A stretch of 64,000 nucleotides of DNA from Octopus vulgaris (taxonomy: Eukaryota), in assembly GCA_951406725.2 (NCBI GenBank), contig OX597835.1:13516001-13580000 (forward strand), given 5' to 3'. The notes under the pieces were generated by a model that saw nothing but the letters and a program-made list of their open reading frames with translations, had not been told where the DNA came from and made no database searches. Made by a program: the position numbers and the translations under genes. Shown in pieces: positions 29,426 through 42,460 of the stretch. Positions within the stretch are counted from its first letter, which is position 1. Each line of letters opens with the position of its first letter.

Positions 29426-30330
29426 GCATATATATACGTGTGTGTGTGTTTATGTTTACACACACACACACACACACACACAAATAAAGATAGACAGATA
29501 GATAGATATGTTGGGTGAAGAAATTTAACGTATGTGATGCACACGTGCATCTCGTTTAGACATGGATAATTGTTAAAAGAAAGTAATGTCGCCATACATG
29601 ATGTGTTGTACATTTCCAATATTCGGAGAAAACATGCGCCAGAGCATTTTAGGAACAAGTAAGAGTTGGTGACAGGAAGAGCACCCAACCATAGAAAACT
29701 CCCTCAAGAAATTCCGTTTGACCATGCTAGCATGCCAAAGTGGACATCAGAATAATGATCTTACGCACACAAATACTTATAGATAGTAGGTTCAGTTCTT
29801 GGACTAGATAATTCCTTGAGTCCTTGAGCAAGACCCATCATATCACGTCTCTTCAGTGCATTGAAACAAGGGTCTAGTCGAAGCTTGGGAGGATGGGGCT
29901 AAACCAATGGTTGGCTGGCTTCTTGTTTTGGAGGCAGGTTGTAATGTCGTAATTTCTGTTGCCTAAACACCATGAAACCAATATAATTTCCCAACCTCTC
30001 CTTTTGGGTCCTGAGGCTTACGACAGGCTTGAACTTACATAGCTAACCATCCATCTCCCCTATTCACCCTACCTAGGAAGGTTGTTGGTGTAGAGTCTGT
30101 AGGATCATGTCAGAAGCAACCATCCTTATACTTACCTTCTTCTTCCTGGATTCCTAAGCATCACCAATTGAGACTATGGATCTTAGTCAACCAGTTCATT
30201 CTTGGGTTTATTCCTCGGTCTCTTGTCTTGAAGAAACAGACTTCTGATTCTTTTTTATAGCTTTTTTATACACTCATTGTGTAGCACCATAGCTGTGACC
30301 TCTCGATGCAAAGGAGTTGTGGATCGACTT

Positions 30331-31350
30331 AGAGGGATCCCCTGATCTCTGAGCAGTGCACCCTCTCAAGTAACAACCTAAAGGAATTCCCTGATCTCTG
30401 AGCTATGCACTCTCTTGAATAATAATCTAGAAGGATCCCCTAATTTCTGAGCTGTGCACCCTCTCAAGTAACAGCCTAGAGAAATTCCCTGATCTCTAAG
30501 CTATGCACCCTCTTCAATAATAATCTAGAAGGATCTCCTAATTTCTGAGCTGTGCACCCTCTCAAGTAACAACCTAGAGAAATTCCCTGATCTCCGATCT
30601 ATGCACCCTCTTCAATAATAATCTAGAAGGATCCCCTGATCTCTGAGCTATGCACCCTCTTGAAAATTAATCTAGAAGGATCCCCTAATTTCTGAGCTGT
30701 GCACCCTTTCAAGTAACAGCCTATAGGAATTCCCTGATCTCCAAGCTGTGTACCTTCTTGAATAATAATCTAGAAGGATCCCCTGATCTCTGAGCTATGC
30801 ACCCTTTTGAAAATTAATCTAGAAGGATCCCCTAATTTCTGAGCTGTGCACCCTCTCAAGTAACAACCTAAAGGAATTCCCTGATCTCCAAGCTATGCAC
30901 CCTCTTGAATAATAATCTAGAAGGATCCCCTAATTTCTGAGCTGTGCATCCTCTCAAGTAACAACCTAAAGGAATTCCCTGATTTCTGAGCTATGCACCC
31001 TCTTGAATAATAATCTAGAAGGATCCCCTAATTTCTGAGCTGTGTGCCCTCTCAAATAACAACCTAGAGGAGTTCCCTGATCTCTGAGCTATGCACCCTC
31101 TTGAATAATGATCTAGAAGGATCCCCTGATCTCTGAGCTATGCACCCTTTTGAAAATTAATCTAGAAGGATCCCCTAATTTCTGAGCTGTGCACCCTCTC
31201 AAGTAACAGCCTATAGGAATTCCCTGATCTCCAAGCTGTGCACCTTCTTGAATAATAATCTAGAAGGATCCCCTAATTTCTGTGCACCCTCTCAAATAAC
31301 AACCTAGAGGGATTCCTTGATCTCCGAACTATCCACCCCACTCGAGTAAT
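30331..31350. repeat. 49-bp minisatellite with alternating monomer variants (~21 monomers)
   Basis: GGATC anchors at 30335, 30433, 30531, 30629 and 30678 (steps of 98 or 49). Confidence 0.92.
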
Positions 31351-31974
31351 GTTATTTCAGAGACTCTTCAGAGGAACCCCTTTTCAGCTGCATGTGTGTG
31401 TGTGTGTACATACACCTATAGTGGATAGACCCATGTAAACCTAGGCAGTACAGCTTCTATTTAATCGTTGCAAGAAAATTAATAACTGAAGAGAGTACAG
31501 AGTGACACAAACCTGGAGCCAGTGCTATGACATTATGTCAAGAAGACAAATGAAGAGGGATTTTCAAGTCTGGTCGATATCCACCTCGTTTTCTGATACA
31601 ATGCATCCAGTACTGCATTATCGAACAGTTGTTTGTTTTATGTCCATCTTCCCGTGCTGGCATGGGTCAGATGAATGCATTTTATTGAAATATTGTTTTA
31701 CAGTTGGATGCCCTTTTCTCTTGCTAATCTTTACCTGTTTTTCAAGTCAAGTATTTTTTCTTTCCATTCATCTTTGAATGCACAGCTATTTGATGGTTTT
31801 ATTGACTGCAAATGTAAACAATCATTGAATCTAGCTCCACTTGGTGCAGAGTGTTAATATTCACACACACACATATTATATTTCTCTGTGCATGTGTGTG
31901 TATATATAAATGTATGTGTGTGTGTGTGTGTATATATATACATATTCCTATTATAGTTTCTGAGAGTGTGTATA

Positions 31975-32737
31975 CTCTTTTACTCTTTTACTTGTTTCAG
32001 TCATTTGACTGCGGCCATGCTGGAGTACGCACTGCCTTTAGTCGAACAAATCGACCCCAGGATTTATTCTTTGGAATACGTACATACTTATTCAATCAGT
32101 CTCTTTTGCCAAACCGCTAAGTTACGGGGACGTAAACGCACCAGCATCTGTTGTCAAGCGATGTTGGGCGGGGCAAACACTGACACAAACACACACATAC
32201 ACACACAGGGCTTCTTTCAGTTTCTGTCTACCAAGTCCACTCATAAGGGTTTGGTTGGCCCATTGAGATATCCTTTTACTCGTTTCAGTCATTTGGCTGT
32301 GGCCATGCCGGAGCACCGTCTTTAGTCTTTAGTTCTTTTATTTGTTTCAGTTATTTGACTGTGGCCATGCTGGAGCACCACCTTTAGTCAAACAAATCAA
32401 CCCCAGGACTTATTCTTTGTAAGCCTCGTACAAATTCTATCGGACCCTTTTGCTGAACCGTTAAGTGACAGATATGTAAACACACCAGCATCAGTCATTA
32501 AGAGATGGTGGTGGGACAAACACATAAACATATACACACATACATGCATATATATATATATATATATATAGATACACACACATACAATGGACTTCTTTCA
32601 GTTTCTGTCTACCAAATCCATTCACAAGGCTTTGGTCAGCCTGAGGCTATAGTAGAAGGCACATGCCGAAGGTGCACGCAGTGGGACTGAACCTAGAACC
32701 ATGTGGTTGGTAAGCAAGCTACTTACCACACAGCCAC
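31975..32737 (-). mobile_element. Stacked SINE A copies (two long, one short 3' end)
   Basis: Three successive 3'-end motifs at ~31980, 32275 and 32335; head at ~32680-32737. Confidence 0.8.
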
Positions 32738-33198
32738 AATATTCTCTACTATTTTCAGTACTTGGACTGTGGCCCTCTTCAGCCACTGACTCGAAGGGTT
32801 TAAGCATGTCAGCCTTAGTACACTTACTAATCAGATTGGGGTGTACATAATGTCTGGTTTTCTATGGTATGCAGAACTATCTGCTGATTGTACACCCCTT
32901 CGTATACATGATGTATAATTTTCCAGAATGTCGTGCGTGTGCATATTTGCACACACACACACACACACACACGTACACACATGCTTACATAGGTGTATGT
33001 GTGTATGAGAGAGAGAGAGAGAGAGAGGTTTTGGTGACACAAACAGGAAAATAAACTCAAGGCATAAGTATGTGTGTGTGTATATATATATATGTATGTA
33101 TTTTGTTGGTAATTTATTATTAATAGAAATAAAGTATATGTTATCAACAAAAAATGTAAATGAGGGTATCTATATATATATATATATATATATGTGTC

Positions 33199-33233
<35 letters not shown>

Positions 33234-35079
33234 ATGTGTGTGTGTATGTGTGTGTGTGTGTGTATGTGTGTGTGTGTGTGTGTGTGAATAAAAAGAAAAT
33301 TGTACAAAGAAAAGAATGGATAAGTGAATGTTGATGATATAGTGTCTGTACCTGTGTGTGTATATATGCATATATGTGTGTGTATATATATATATATACA
33401 TACACACACACACACACACTCTTATATGTATATATATATATAAATATATATATAACTAATGTAGGATAAAATTTTTTCGGGAAAAGTTTTATCAATGGCC
33501 AGCATATCAAAAAATACCTTTAAAGGTTAAATTTATAAATAATTTACAAAATAAGGGCATTAGAATTTTTCTTTTGCCCTTATTTTGTATATATATATCT
33601 ATATATATACACACTCTTATATGTATATATATATATACACACACTCTTATATGTGTGTATATATATATATATATATTAAATAACAAATTAATAAATAAAA
33701 CAAATGCATATATACATACGTATATGTACGTACCTACATCTATATGTATATATACATGCATATATGGGTACAGGATACCAAAAAAAACTTAGAACACAAT
33801 GAGATAATTATATACTCACATACATATATGTGTATATATAAATATGTGTGTATAAACATACATGTATGCATTCATGCACAAATACACGCATAGCGTACAA
33901 TGTTTGTACTTTTATTTTGTTTGTGTGGGTGGGCGGCGCAATTGACTGCCAGGGTGGATGGGGAGGAATGGAGTATCGAGGTAATTAGGTTTTGTCAGTG
34001 CAGTTTATGGGGAGGAAATCTGATGATGAGGGAAGCAGCAGGGACATGATGGCGGTGGTGGTGGTGGTCATGGGAGGAGGGTGCGTGGAAGTAAGAATGG
34101 GAGGAGGAGGAGTGTGTAGGATGCTGGGTGAGAGAGAAGATGAAGATGGAATGAAGTGAGCAGAGCCGCGCCAGAAAGTAATGTATTTGTGTCTATTTCG
34201 GCAGGGAAGATTTGGGGTGGGGGAACAGACGGGTGGCGTGTCGGGTGGCTTACCACTGTACCTAGTGTCTAACGAAGTAGGTTTGAAGATATGAGAAGCA
34301 CAATGGGTAATGACGATCCTAGGTGTACGTAGGGAGATGATAACAACTACGATAGCAGAAACAACTGCATGTAATGTTGTTGTCTTTCAGATGCCGTCTT
34401 CTAATATTTCTTAGCAGGGAACTTGGCTTACCGTAAATATCATCTATGTAATGCGAGATTCTCTGGAATTGTTTATTTACAAAAAAAAAATAATAAAAAA
34501 ATGCAGAAGATGGAAAGAAGGATCTGACGAAGACGATGTGTATTGCATCCGTGCAAAAATATGTAACAAAAAAAAAAAAAAAAAATGAAAGAAGTTTATA
34601 CAAAGCTTTCCATTGTGTGAGTCAGCATTTCTCACTTTGGGGAAAGAAAAAGGGAGACTTTGGAACCAGCAGGCTGAACTATAGAATTTACCAGAAGAGA
34701 ATGAGAGCGAGAGACAGAGGGAGTGCATGTAGGTTCTCTGTCACCTTTGAAACTGTATTGCTACACCCCTGCCATCTACATTCATATATACACTCGTATA
34801 TACTCATACATATATACCCTCACATACACATATATACCCATACATAAATATACAGTTACATGCACACATGTATATCCAAAATACATATACAATTATTTCT
34901 GTTTGTGTGTAGGCAAAACTGTCGTATCATACCCATGATTATTGGTTTAAACCTGTGTTTCTGAAGCATTTTTGCTCATGAACCCTGCTTTGATCCCTAT
35001 TTTATTCATTTGATGTTTAAAAATCCTATTATATATTTGTAATTAAATATTATGAGGGATTTTATTAAAATATTTTTAA

Positions 35080-35289
35080 CCCTTTCGTTACAGTATTTAT
35101 TTTGAGATGCTCTGTGTTTCATTCAATTACTTTAAATATAACAAAGAATTTAGTAAAATAACTTAGTTATCATTCAGCTAGTGACAGGAACATAAATTGT
35201 GACTAAGGTTTGGTGGAAGATTTTAATTCAAAACAAGACATTTGTACTCATAGCCAGAGGCAGTTTCAGCCAGGTTGGTATCAAAAGGG
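35080..35289. mobile_element. TTAA-flanked (piggyBac-type) MITE
   Basis: TTAA-CCCTTT...AAAGGG-TTAA. Decayed family members are at ~950-1065, 1780-1965, 5585-6020, 35317-35392, 54062-54120 and 54965-55272. Confidence 0.75.
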
Positions 35290-36334
35290 TTAAGAATTGT
35301 TTCTCTATTATATATTTTAACCCTTTTGTTGCCATATTGCTGTTGAGATGCTCTGTGTTTCTTTCAATTAATTTTAAATATAACAAAGAATTTCGCTTGA
35401 CAACCGATCTTGGTGTGTTTACATCCCATGTAACTTAGCAGTTAGTGGATTTGGTAGACGGAAACTGAAAGAAGCCCATCATATATATATGTATATATGT
35501 GTGTGTATGTATGTATTTATGTGTCTGTGTTTGCCCTACCACCATCTCTTGACAACCAATATTGGTGTGTTTACATCCCTGTAACGTAGCAGTTTGGCAA
35601 AAGAAACCGATAGAATAAGTACTAGGCTTACAAAGAATAAGTCCTGAGGCCAATTTCTACGACTAAAACTCTTGAAGGCGGTGCTCCAGCATGGGCGCAT
35701 GTCAAATGACTGAAACGAGTAAAAGCGATAAAAGATACATACACACACACACACACACACACAAGGCTTCTTTCAGTTTCTGTGTATAAAATACACTCAG
35801 AAGATTGGGGCCGCAGTAAAAGACACTTGGCCTAGTTGCCTTGCTGTGGGATTGAACCTGCAACACGTGGTCAGGAAGTAAACTTCTTAACCTCATAACT
35901 ATGCTCCTGTGTATGTGTGTGTGTGTTTGTGCACCTGCATATGATAAGCAGGGTCTAAAGAAGTTAATATTGTCCAGGAAAGAAGAGCAGCCTTGTACTG
36001 TGTGTCTTTTCTTTAACGAGCATCAGTTAAAGAAGTAATTAACTTGGAGTGCTTGCTTGATGGTAATCGCTGGTAAATACAATCACTCTTAACTGATTGA
36101 CTGGTTTAGATATATGATGTGTATCTCCTGTCTACAAAGTACACTAGTTCTCTTTGAAGAACTAAATAAGTTGTTACTACTACTACTACTACTACTACTG
36201 CTACTACTTAAGTTCTGATTTTAATATAAAGGCTATCATACCAGCTCATCTATTTTATTAAGATATTAGCGTAGACAGGATTATCTCTCTCTCTCTCTCT
36301 CTCTCATGCACACATGAATCTATAATATAATTAA

Positions 36335-36735
36335 CTAGCAGTATCGCCCGGCGTTGCTCGGGTTTGTAAGGGAAATAACTATATAAGCATTGTTAGAGAT
36401 GTAAAGTATAATAGTCATCTCAATATGGCTAACCACAAAGGGGGAGGGTATTACTGTAGCTTTTTACGTTCTGAGATTTAATAATACCATTTTTAGAGAG
36501 TTACTTCCCTTATATAATAGCAAAAAAATGCATTAAAAATGGGAAAAAATTATGGTAAATTTTTTTTAAAATCGAGATTCATCGTAGATGCGCGCTAATA
36601 CCCAGAAGGGCTCGATATGAATCACGACTATAAGATACCCGCTTTTGGTTACACTGCACCGCAAAATGTGGGAGTAGTTAGGAATCTAAATCGTAGGAGA
36701 CAGACAGCACACAACCTCACTTTTATATATAAAGA
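36335..36735 (-). mobile_element. Non-autonomous Helitron
   Basis: The minus strand starts A|TCTTTATATATAAAAG and ends with the hairpin CCCGagcaacgcCGGG followed by CTAG|T. No TSD. Confidence 0.8.
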
Positions 36736-36784
36736 TATGTTGGTTTATATTGTGTATATTATGTATACTGTTTATATTAGTCAG

Positions 36785-37253
36785 ACTGATCTCCTCAACT
36801 TCATTCTTACTTTCACTACGTTTTGGCTGTTGTATGCTCCAGCCATCTTCAGGTGTCTTGTGTTGAAACCGGTTGTTGTATCAGAAGCTTTAATCTAACC
36901 CTTTATTTAATCCATGGAGTTATGTTGTTCTTGTTCAGCTCTCAGCATTTTGTGACATTTTTTACTTCAGTGGATTTTTTATACTTTTAATAATCTTACT
37001 ACCTTGCCTTGGGTTGAACTCAGAATCTCTAGGTGACTGCACTGCATTAACCAATGCTTTTGTCTTCTACTCTATGCCCGGGCATAGAGTAGGAGAGTGA
37101 AATGAGAACAGTGTGTTCCCATGGATCAAATAAAGGCTTAGGTTCCAAAATTCTGGTACAACAACCAAAGGTCAACACAAGACATCTAAAGATGGCTGGA
37201 GCTTATGACGGTCAAAATGTAAGGAAAGCTAAAATCAAGATGAGGTCACCAGT
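36785..37253. mobile_element. Older relative of the fold-back hammerhead/tRNA-core element
   Basis: Arms ~36785-36935 and ~37103-37253 are diverged inverted copies. The minus strand at 36814-36855 reads cac CTGAAGA t ggctg-gagcatacaa-cagcc AAAA cg TA gtg. A tRNA-like remnant lies on the minus strand at ~37003-37057 (gcattggttaatgc...gagttcaaccc). Confidence 0.65.
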
Positions 37254-38811
37254 GCGGCTAATTGAAGCAGTATTCTTTTATACTTTTACTTGTTTCAGCC
37301 ATTTGACTGTGGCCATACTGGAGCGCACTGCCTTTAGTCGGGCAAATCGACCCCAGCACTTATTATTTGTAAGCCTAGTACTTATTTTATCAATTGATTT
37401 TGCCGAACTGCTAAGTCTTCACCACCACCACTGTCTCTATGGTAACTATTACTTTCACCCCAACATGAGCAATAGTAGAAGTATCAATGAATAGTGAGAG
37501 AGGGGGTCAGAGTGTGACATACTGACACACAGAAATTAGTTTTCGCATTTATTATATATACACACACACACACACACACATACATACAGCAGGCTTCTTT
37601 CAGTTTCTGTCTACCAAATCCATTCACAAGGCTATCGTCAGCCCAAGGCTACAGTAGAAGACATTTGCCCAAGGTGTGACACAGTGGGACTGAACCCAGA
37701 ACCATGTGGTTAGGAAACAAGCTTCTTACCACACACTGCCTCGCCTAACTGTACTTTTGTGTGTGTGTGTGTGTGTGTGTGTATATAAATATATTTCTAT
37801 TTTGTTCACATCTGAAGTGTGAGAAAAAAAAATCTGTTTTGCTTGCAGTAATGTTTTTATCCCTAATAAATGGGAACAACAGGATGTAAATTTTTTTTTT
37901 AGAAAACCAGAAGCGCAACACAAACGCTTTCGCAAATGAATGCACAGTATATGGCCAGCTGTCACATGATGCTCCTGAAGGGCGGAGGCACCGGGGGGAG
38001 GGGGGGCTTTTTTTTTTTTTTTTTTTTCCCCTTATCCATGTAATTAATATATAAATACATTTTAAACCATTGGATTGAGCTACTTTATCATTTCATGATT
38101 TGTTGTTTAAAAAGAGAAAAAACTACATTTTTATATTGCTATAAAGAAAATATTTAAAGTTTGCAGATGCTGAAATTCCCAAATTCATTGCATAAAAAAT
38201 CCAAAAACCGTTTCTTTTCCTACGTTCTTTCTTTTTTTTTTTCCCCCATTTTTTCTCTCTTTTTCTTTGTAATATGGAAGACGTGAGAAAAAGTCGGAAG
38301 AGAGGTTTTAAAGATTCCGCACTTAAATGAAGACTTGCTGCTAATTCTTGCAAGTTTTTAGCATTTCGTAAATCAACATACGATAAAATCAAAAATAGTT
38401 TTATTATATTCTCTCTCTCACTGTCTCTTTAAAAATGTTTTTGTATATGTATGTATGTATGTATGTATGTTTGTATACATGTATGTATGTATATATGATT
38501 GTATGTTTGTAGGTATGTTTGTATGTATGTGTATGTATGTATATATGTGTTCGTATATATGTTTGTAGGTATGTTTGTATGTATGTGTATGTATATATGG
38601 GTTCTTTAACAAGAACAGCATTGACAGGGACTTTGAAGTCTTGGCCAAGTGCGCCATCATTGGACAAACCAATGATGGATTAGTTGGCTGAATCTTCAAA
38701 GTCACTGTCAAGAAGAACAATTTGTACTCTACAAAAGTACAGAGTAATCCTTCAGATTAATGTAAAATTGTTTTGCATTATAACTTCACATAAAAACAAA
38801 CATTAATTAAT

Positions 38812-38949
<138 letters not shown>

Positions 38950-39669
38950 TATGTATTTGTTTTGAAATGGATATATGTTAGGATGATCGTGTTTTTTTTT
39001 GTTTCGTTTTTCTTTTTGCTTATTAACCATACACACACACACTATATACTCGTTTTTCACTTCAACTTTGTTATTATTCATATTTTAGTGTCTTGTGTCT
39101 GAAATCTTCCATCACACATCCCTGTGACCTCTTCAATGACTCTCCATCCCACGTGTCTCTTCCCTGTTCTGTTTAGTCCATTAAGGAATGGACTAAACGG
39201 ACCAAGAGGAGACATGCTGGATAAAGAGTTGCTGGCTATATATATATAGAAGGATTGCTTTGGTCCAGCGGTAGAACATCAGTCATGTCTACAATAGTTT
39301 CACCATTCCGTAGCAAAACCATTATACATCATCATCATCCATCATCATCATTTAGCATCCGCTTTCCATGCTAGCATGGGTTGGACGGTTCAACTGGGGT
39401 CTGGGAAGCCAGAAGGCTGCACTAGGTCCAGTCTGATCTGGCAATGTTTCTACGGCTGGATGCTCTTCCTACTTTGACAATTTTGATATCTTGGCATCTG
39501 AAGCAGCTGGAGATACGATAGTTTGACCAAAAATAATTGGTTATTGCAAGCAAAATTAAATATTGAAAAAAATGCATTTGGCCTAATTTGGTCATATGAC
39601 AGTTTAATATAATAGCAATGATTATGTATTTATAAGATTATGTTAATTTCTCTTTCTTTCTCCTTTCAG

Positions 39670-39948
39670 GTTACCACTACAGTTTTAGTATGGCCGTCTC
39701 AACGTCTACCAATGGAGACCATTGACTCTGTAAATCTTCTCTCTACACTAGTGTTTCCTTGCAGTACTGTTGTACATTGTTCTCAGACAACAGTACATCT
39801 TTCACTCAGCTCTCTACCATCTCTTTGCTGGCATATTGACAAACGTAACTTATGAAAAAATAAAGAGAAAAAAAAAAAAATTAATCAAAAAAAGCAACAA
39901 CAACAAAAAAAAAACTGACATGGTTGTGAAGAGGAAACATTTTCTGCC
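39670..39948 (+). other. MGAT2: 5' UTR part of the MGAT2 exon, after a splice acceptor
   Basis: Polypyrimidine tract and acceptor tttctctttctttctcctttcag|G at 39669/39670, implying an upstream non-coding exon. Confidence 0.65.
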
Positions 39949-40539
39949 ATGGTTATAAAGATGAGAGCTGCCCCGGGGCGATCTTCTATTTCAATGAGAT
40001 TTCGTCCCCGGCGGATGCTGCGTGTTCTACTGTTTGTCATCATCATTCTGTTTGTGATTGTTAACATGCATGTACTTAATAACGTTCAGCCTGGGAGCCC
40101 TGGAATGCTCGACGGCAGCATGATTGGACCGGGGATGAATTTACAGAACGGACATGTCCAAGCTTGGAGCCATTTACATTTTAGCAATGGATCCGTCTAC
40201 TGGTCAAGTCGAACCGGGTTGCTAATCCCACCAATGTCATTAAATGCTACACTGCTAACCAATATGACTTTTGACGTGAGTAATTTGACTCTGGCCAAGG
40301 CAGTCATTCAGAACATAAATCGTGAGCAATATATTCACAATTTGGACAAATTTGGACTTCATTTACATGCTGATAGTGTTGTAATAGTTATACAAGCTCA
40401 TGACCGAGCCGAGTACCTGAAAATGCTTTTGGATTCTTTACGCAATGTTCGGAATATTCACCAAGCCTTACTCATCATTAGCCATGATATTTACTCTAAG
40501 GAACTTAACAACCTTGTCCTCACAATAGACTTTTGCCCT
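39949..40539 (+). CDS. MGAT2: First coding exon (partial CDS) of alpha-1,6-mannosyl-glycoprotein 2-beta-N-acetylglucosaminyltransferase (GnT-II)
   Basis: Type II membrane layout (MRFRPRR, hydrophobic LLFVIIILFVIV, stem with sequons NGS/NAT/NMT/NLT), then VVIVIQAHDRAEYLKMLLDSLRNVRNIHQALLIISHDIYSKELNNLVLTIDFCP, matching the MGAT2 family pattern VVQVHNRxEYLxxLLDSL...SHD...FCP. It ends at a phase-0 donor CCT|gtaagt (40539/40540). In-frame ATGs are at 39949, 39961 and 39994; the last gives MRFR, like the vertebrate N-terminus. I could not identify downstream exons in the window. Confidence 0.93.
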
Positions 40540-41181
40540 GTAAGTATTACCTTTCTGTGTTTCCTCTTTACGATGTTCTATTTTTATGATGTTTTGTCCT
40601 CGTTTTGCAGCGAATAATTTTTATCAGGACTTTGGAATTGCCTTTTGTTATCAATGATATGCCTATACGTTCTTGTTGAACTCGCTTGTCACTCTAAATT
40701 CCATCCAGCATAAATGCCTCTATAGAAAACATACATTTCTGCTTTTACTAATTGTAAAAGATTTATCTTTAATAAAAAGATATAACTGTGACAGTCATGT
40801 ACTGAGACCTATATAATAACACACACCTTTCTCTGTATCACACTTAGAATTATTATTATTATTGATATTACCATTATTCTTATTATTATTATTACTACTA
40901 CTACTGTTATTATTATTGCTATTGTTATTATTGTCATCATTATTACTAAAGCGGCAAGCTGGCAGAAACGTTAGCATGCTGGGCGAAATGCTTAGTAGTA
41001 TTTCATCTGTCCTCACATTCTGAGTTCAAATTCCGCTGAGGTTGACTTTGCCTTTCATCCTTTCAGGGTCAATAAATTAAGTACCAGTCAAGTGTTAGGG
41101 TTGATGTGATTAACTTACTCCATTCCCCCCAAATTTTAGGCCTTGTGTCTATAATAGAAAGGATTATTATTATCATTATCA

Positions 41182-41229
<48 letters not shown>

Positions 41230-41289
41230 TTTTTTATTACTATTATTATTATTATTATTACTACTACTACTATTATTATTATTACTATT

Positions 41290-41332
<43 letters not shown>

Positions 41333-41789
41333 CCAGTGAGCTGTAAGAATTATTAGTGTGCTGAACCAAATGTTTAGCAGCATTTTGTCTGTCTTCACAT
41401 CCTGAGTTCAAATTCCACTGAGGTTGACTTTGCCTTTTGTATTTCAGGGTCAGTGAATTAGTTATTAGTCAAGCACTGGGGTCAATGTAATCGGCTAGCC
41501 CCTCCCTACAAAATTTCAGGCCCTGTGTGTATAGTAAAAAGGATTGTTGTTGTTATGAGTACTACGTTTCACACAGATCGTATGACAAGGTTTAGAAACA
41601 AATCTCAAAAACCAATCAAAGGATTCTTGTAGGGTGAAAGGAGGCTGTTTCCACTTCTCTCTGGCTCTGACTTCATGGCCTGACTTCCTGTGTCTCAGAA
41701 TCTCTTAGAATGGCTACTTGGGTTTTTGATCCCAAATATCAATGCCAATCACCTGTAATTTCTAAGCAAAAATAGCTCAGTAACATGTA

Positions 41790-42460
41790 ACATGCTTTCA
41801 CCAATTGCTTTAGTGCTTATACTTGGTGGGACATGTTTGCAGGACGAAGGGTGACAGGATCCTGAAAGAGGTGTTCTATGCTGAACTGTATCGGGGCAGG
41901 CAGAGCCATGGTGGCCAGAGGTTGATACAAAGCTGTGCTGAAGAGACATATGTATTTCTTTATTACCCACAAAGGGCTAAACATAGAGGGGACAAACAAA
42001 GACAGACAAAGGGATTAAGTTGATTACATCGATCCCAGTGCGTGACCGGTACTTTATTTTTCGACCCCAAAAGGATGAAAGGCAAAGTCGACCTCGGCAG
42101 AATTTGAACTCGGAACGTAACGACAGACGAAATACGGCTACGCTTTTCGCTCAGCGTGCTAACGTGTCTGCCAAGAGACATATGAAGAGCTCTCCAGCAT
42201 CTCCCCAGACACCTGAGAGGAGACGGCACTGCTGCACAATGAATGGCGCCAATCGCTGAAGCTCATGATTCCAGCCAATGAGGAGAACAACAGAAAGGGC
42301 ACTTGAGAGACATCACTTCTCTGTTGTATCAAGTAGCAGCTTCGCCTGCAGCAGATGTCATCGCTGCTCTGCTGCAGATCAATAACAATCCTTTGTAGCC
42401 TACATGCAAGCTTGCCAGAGATGATTACTCAACGAGAACAGTCAACATTGACCTACAACA
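41790..42460 (+). mobile_element. Degenerate 3' fragment of a second RTE-type LINE, interrupted by a SINE
   Basis: GHVCRTKGDRILKEVFYAELYRGRQSHGGQR resembles the RTE C-terminal GHVxRMxDxRxPKxxxYGEL...RxxGGQ motif. The frame resumes as KRHMKS after the SINE, and a Cys-rich remnant lies near 42340-42415. Confidence 0.7.
41953..42172 (-). mobile_element. SINE family B with 12-bp TSD, inserted in an RTE remnant
   Basis: AAGAGACATATG at 41941-41952 and 42173-42184. Confidence 0.88.

Noticed and set aside
30331-31350. Regular repeat array superficially like CRISPR
   Set aside because: No unique spacers, no cas genes, eukaryotic context; it is a minisatellite.
40540-40617. C-terminal 25 residues of the 222-aa ORF
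   Set aside because: Intronic read-through beyond the GTAAGT donor; family similarity stops there.
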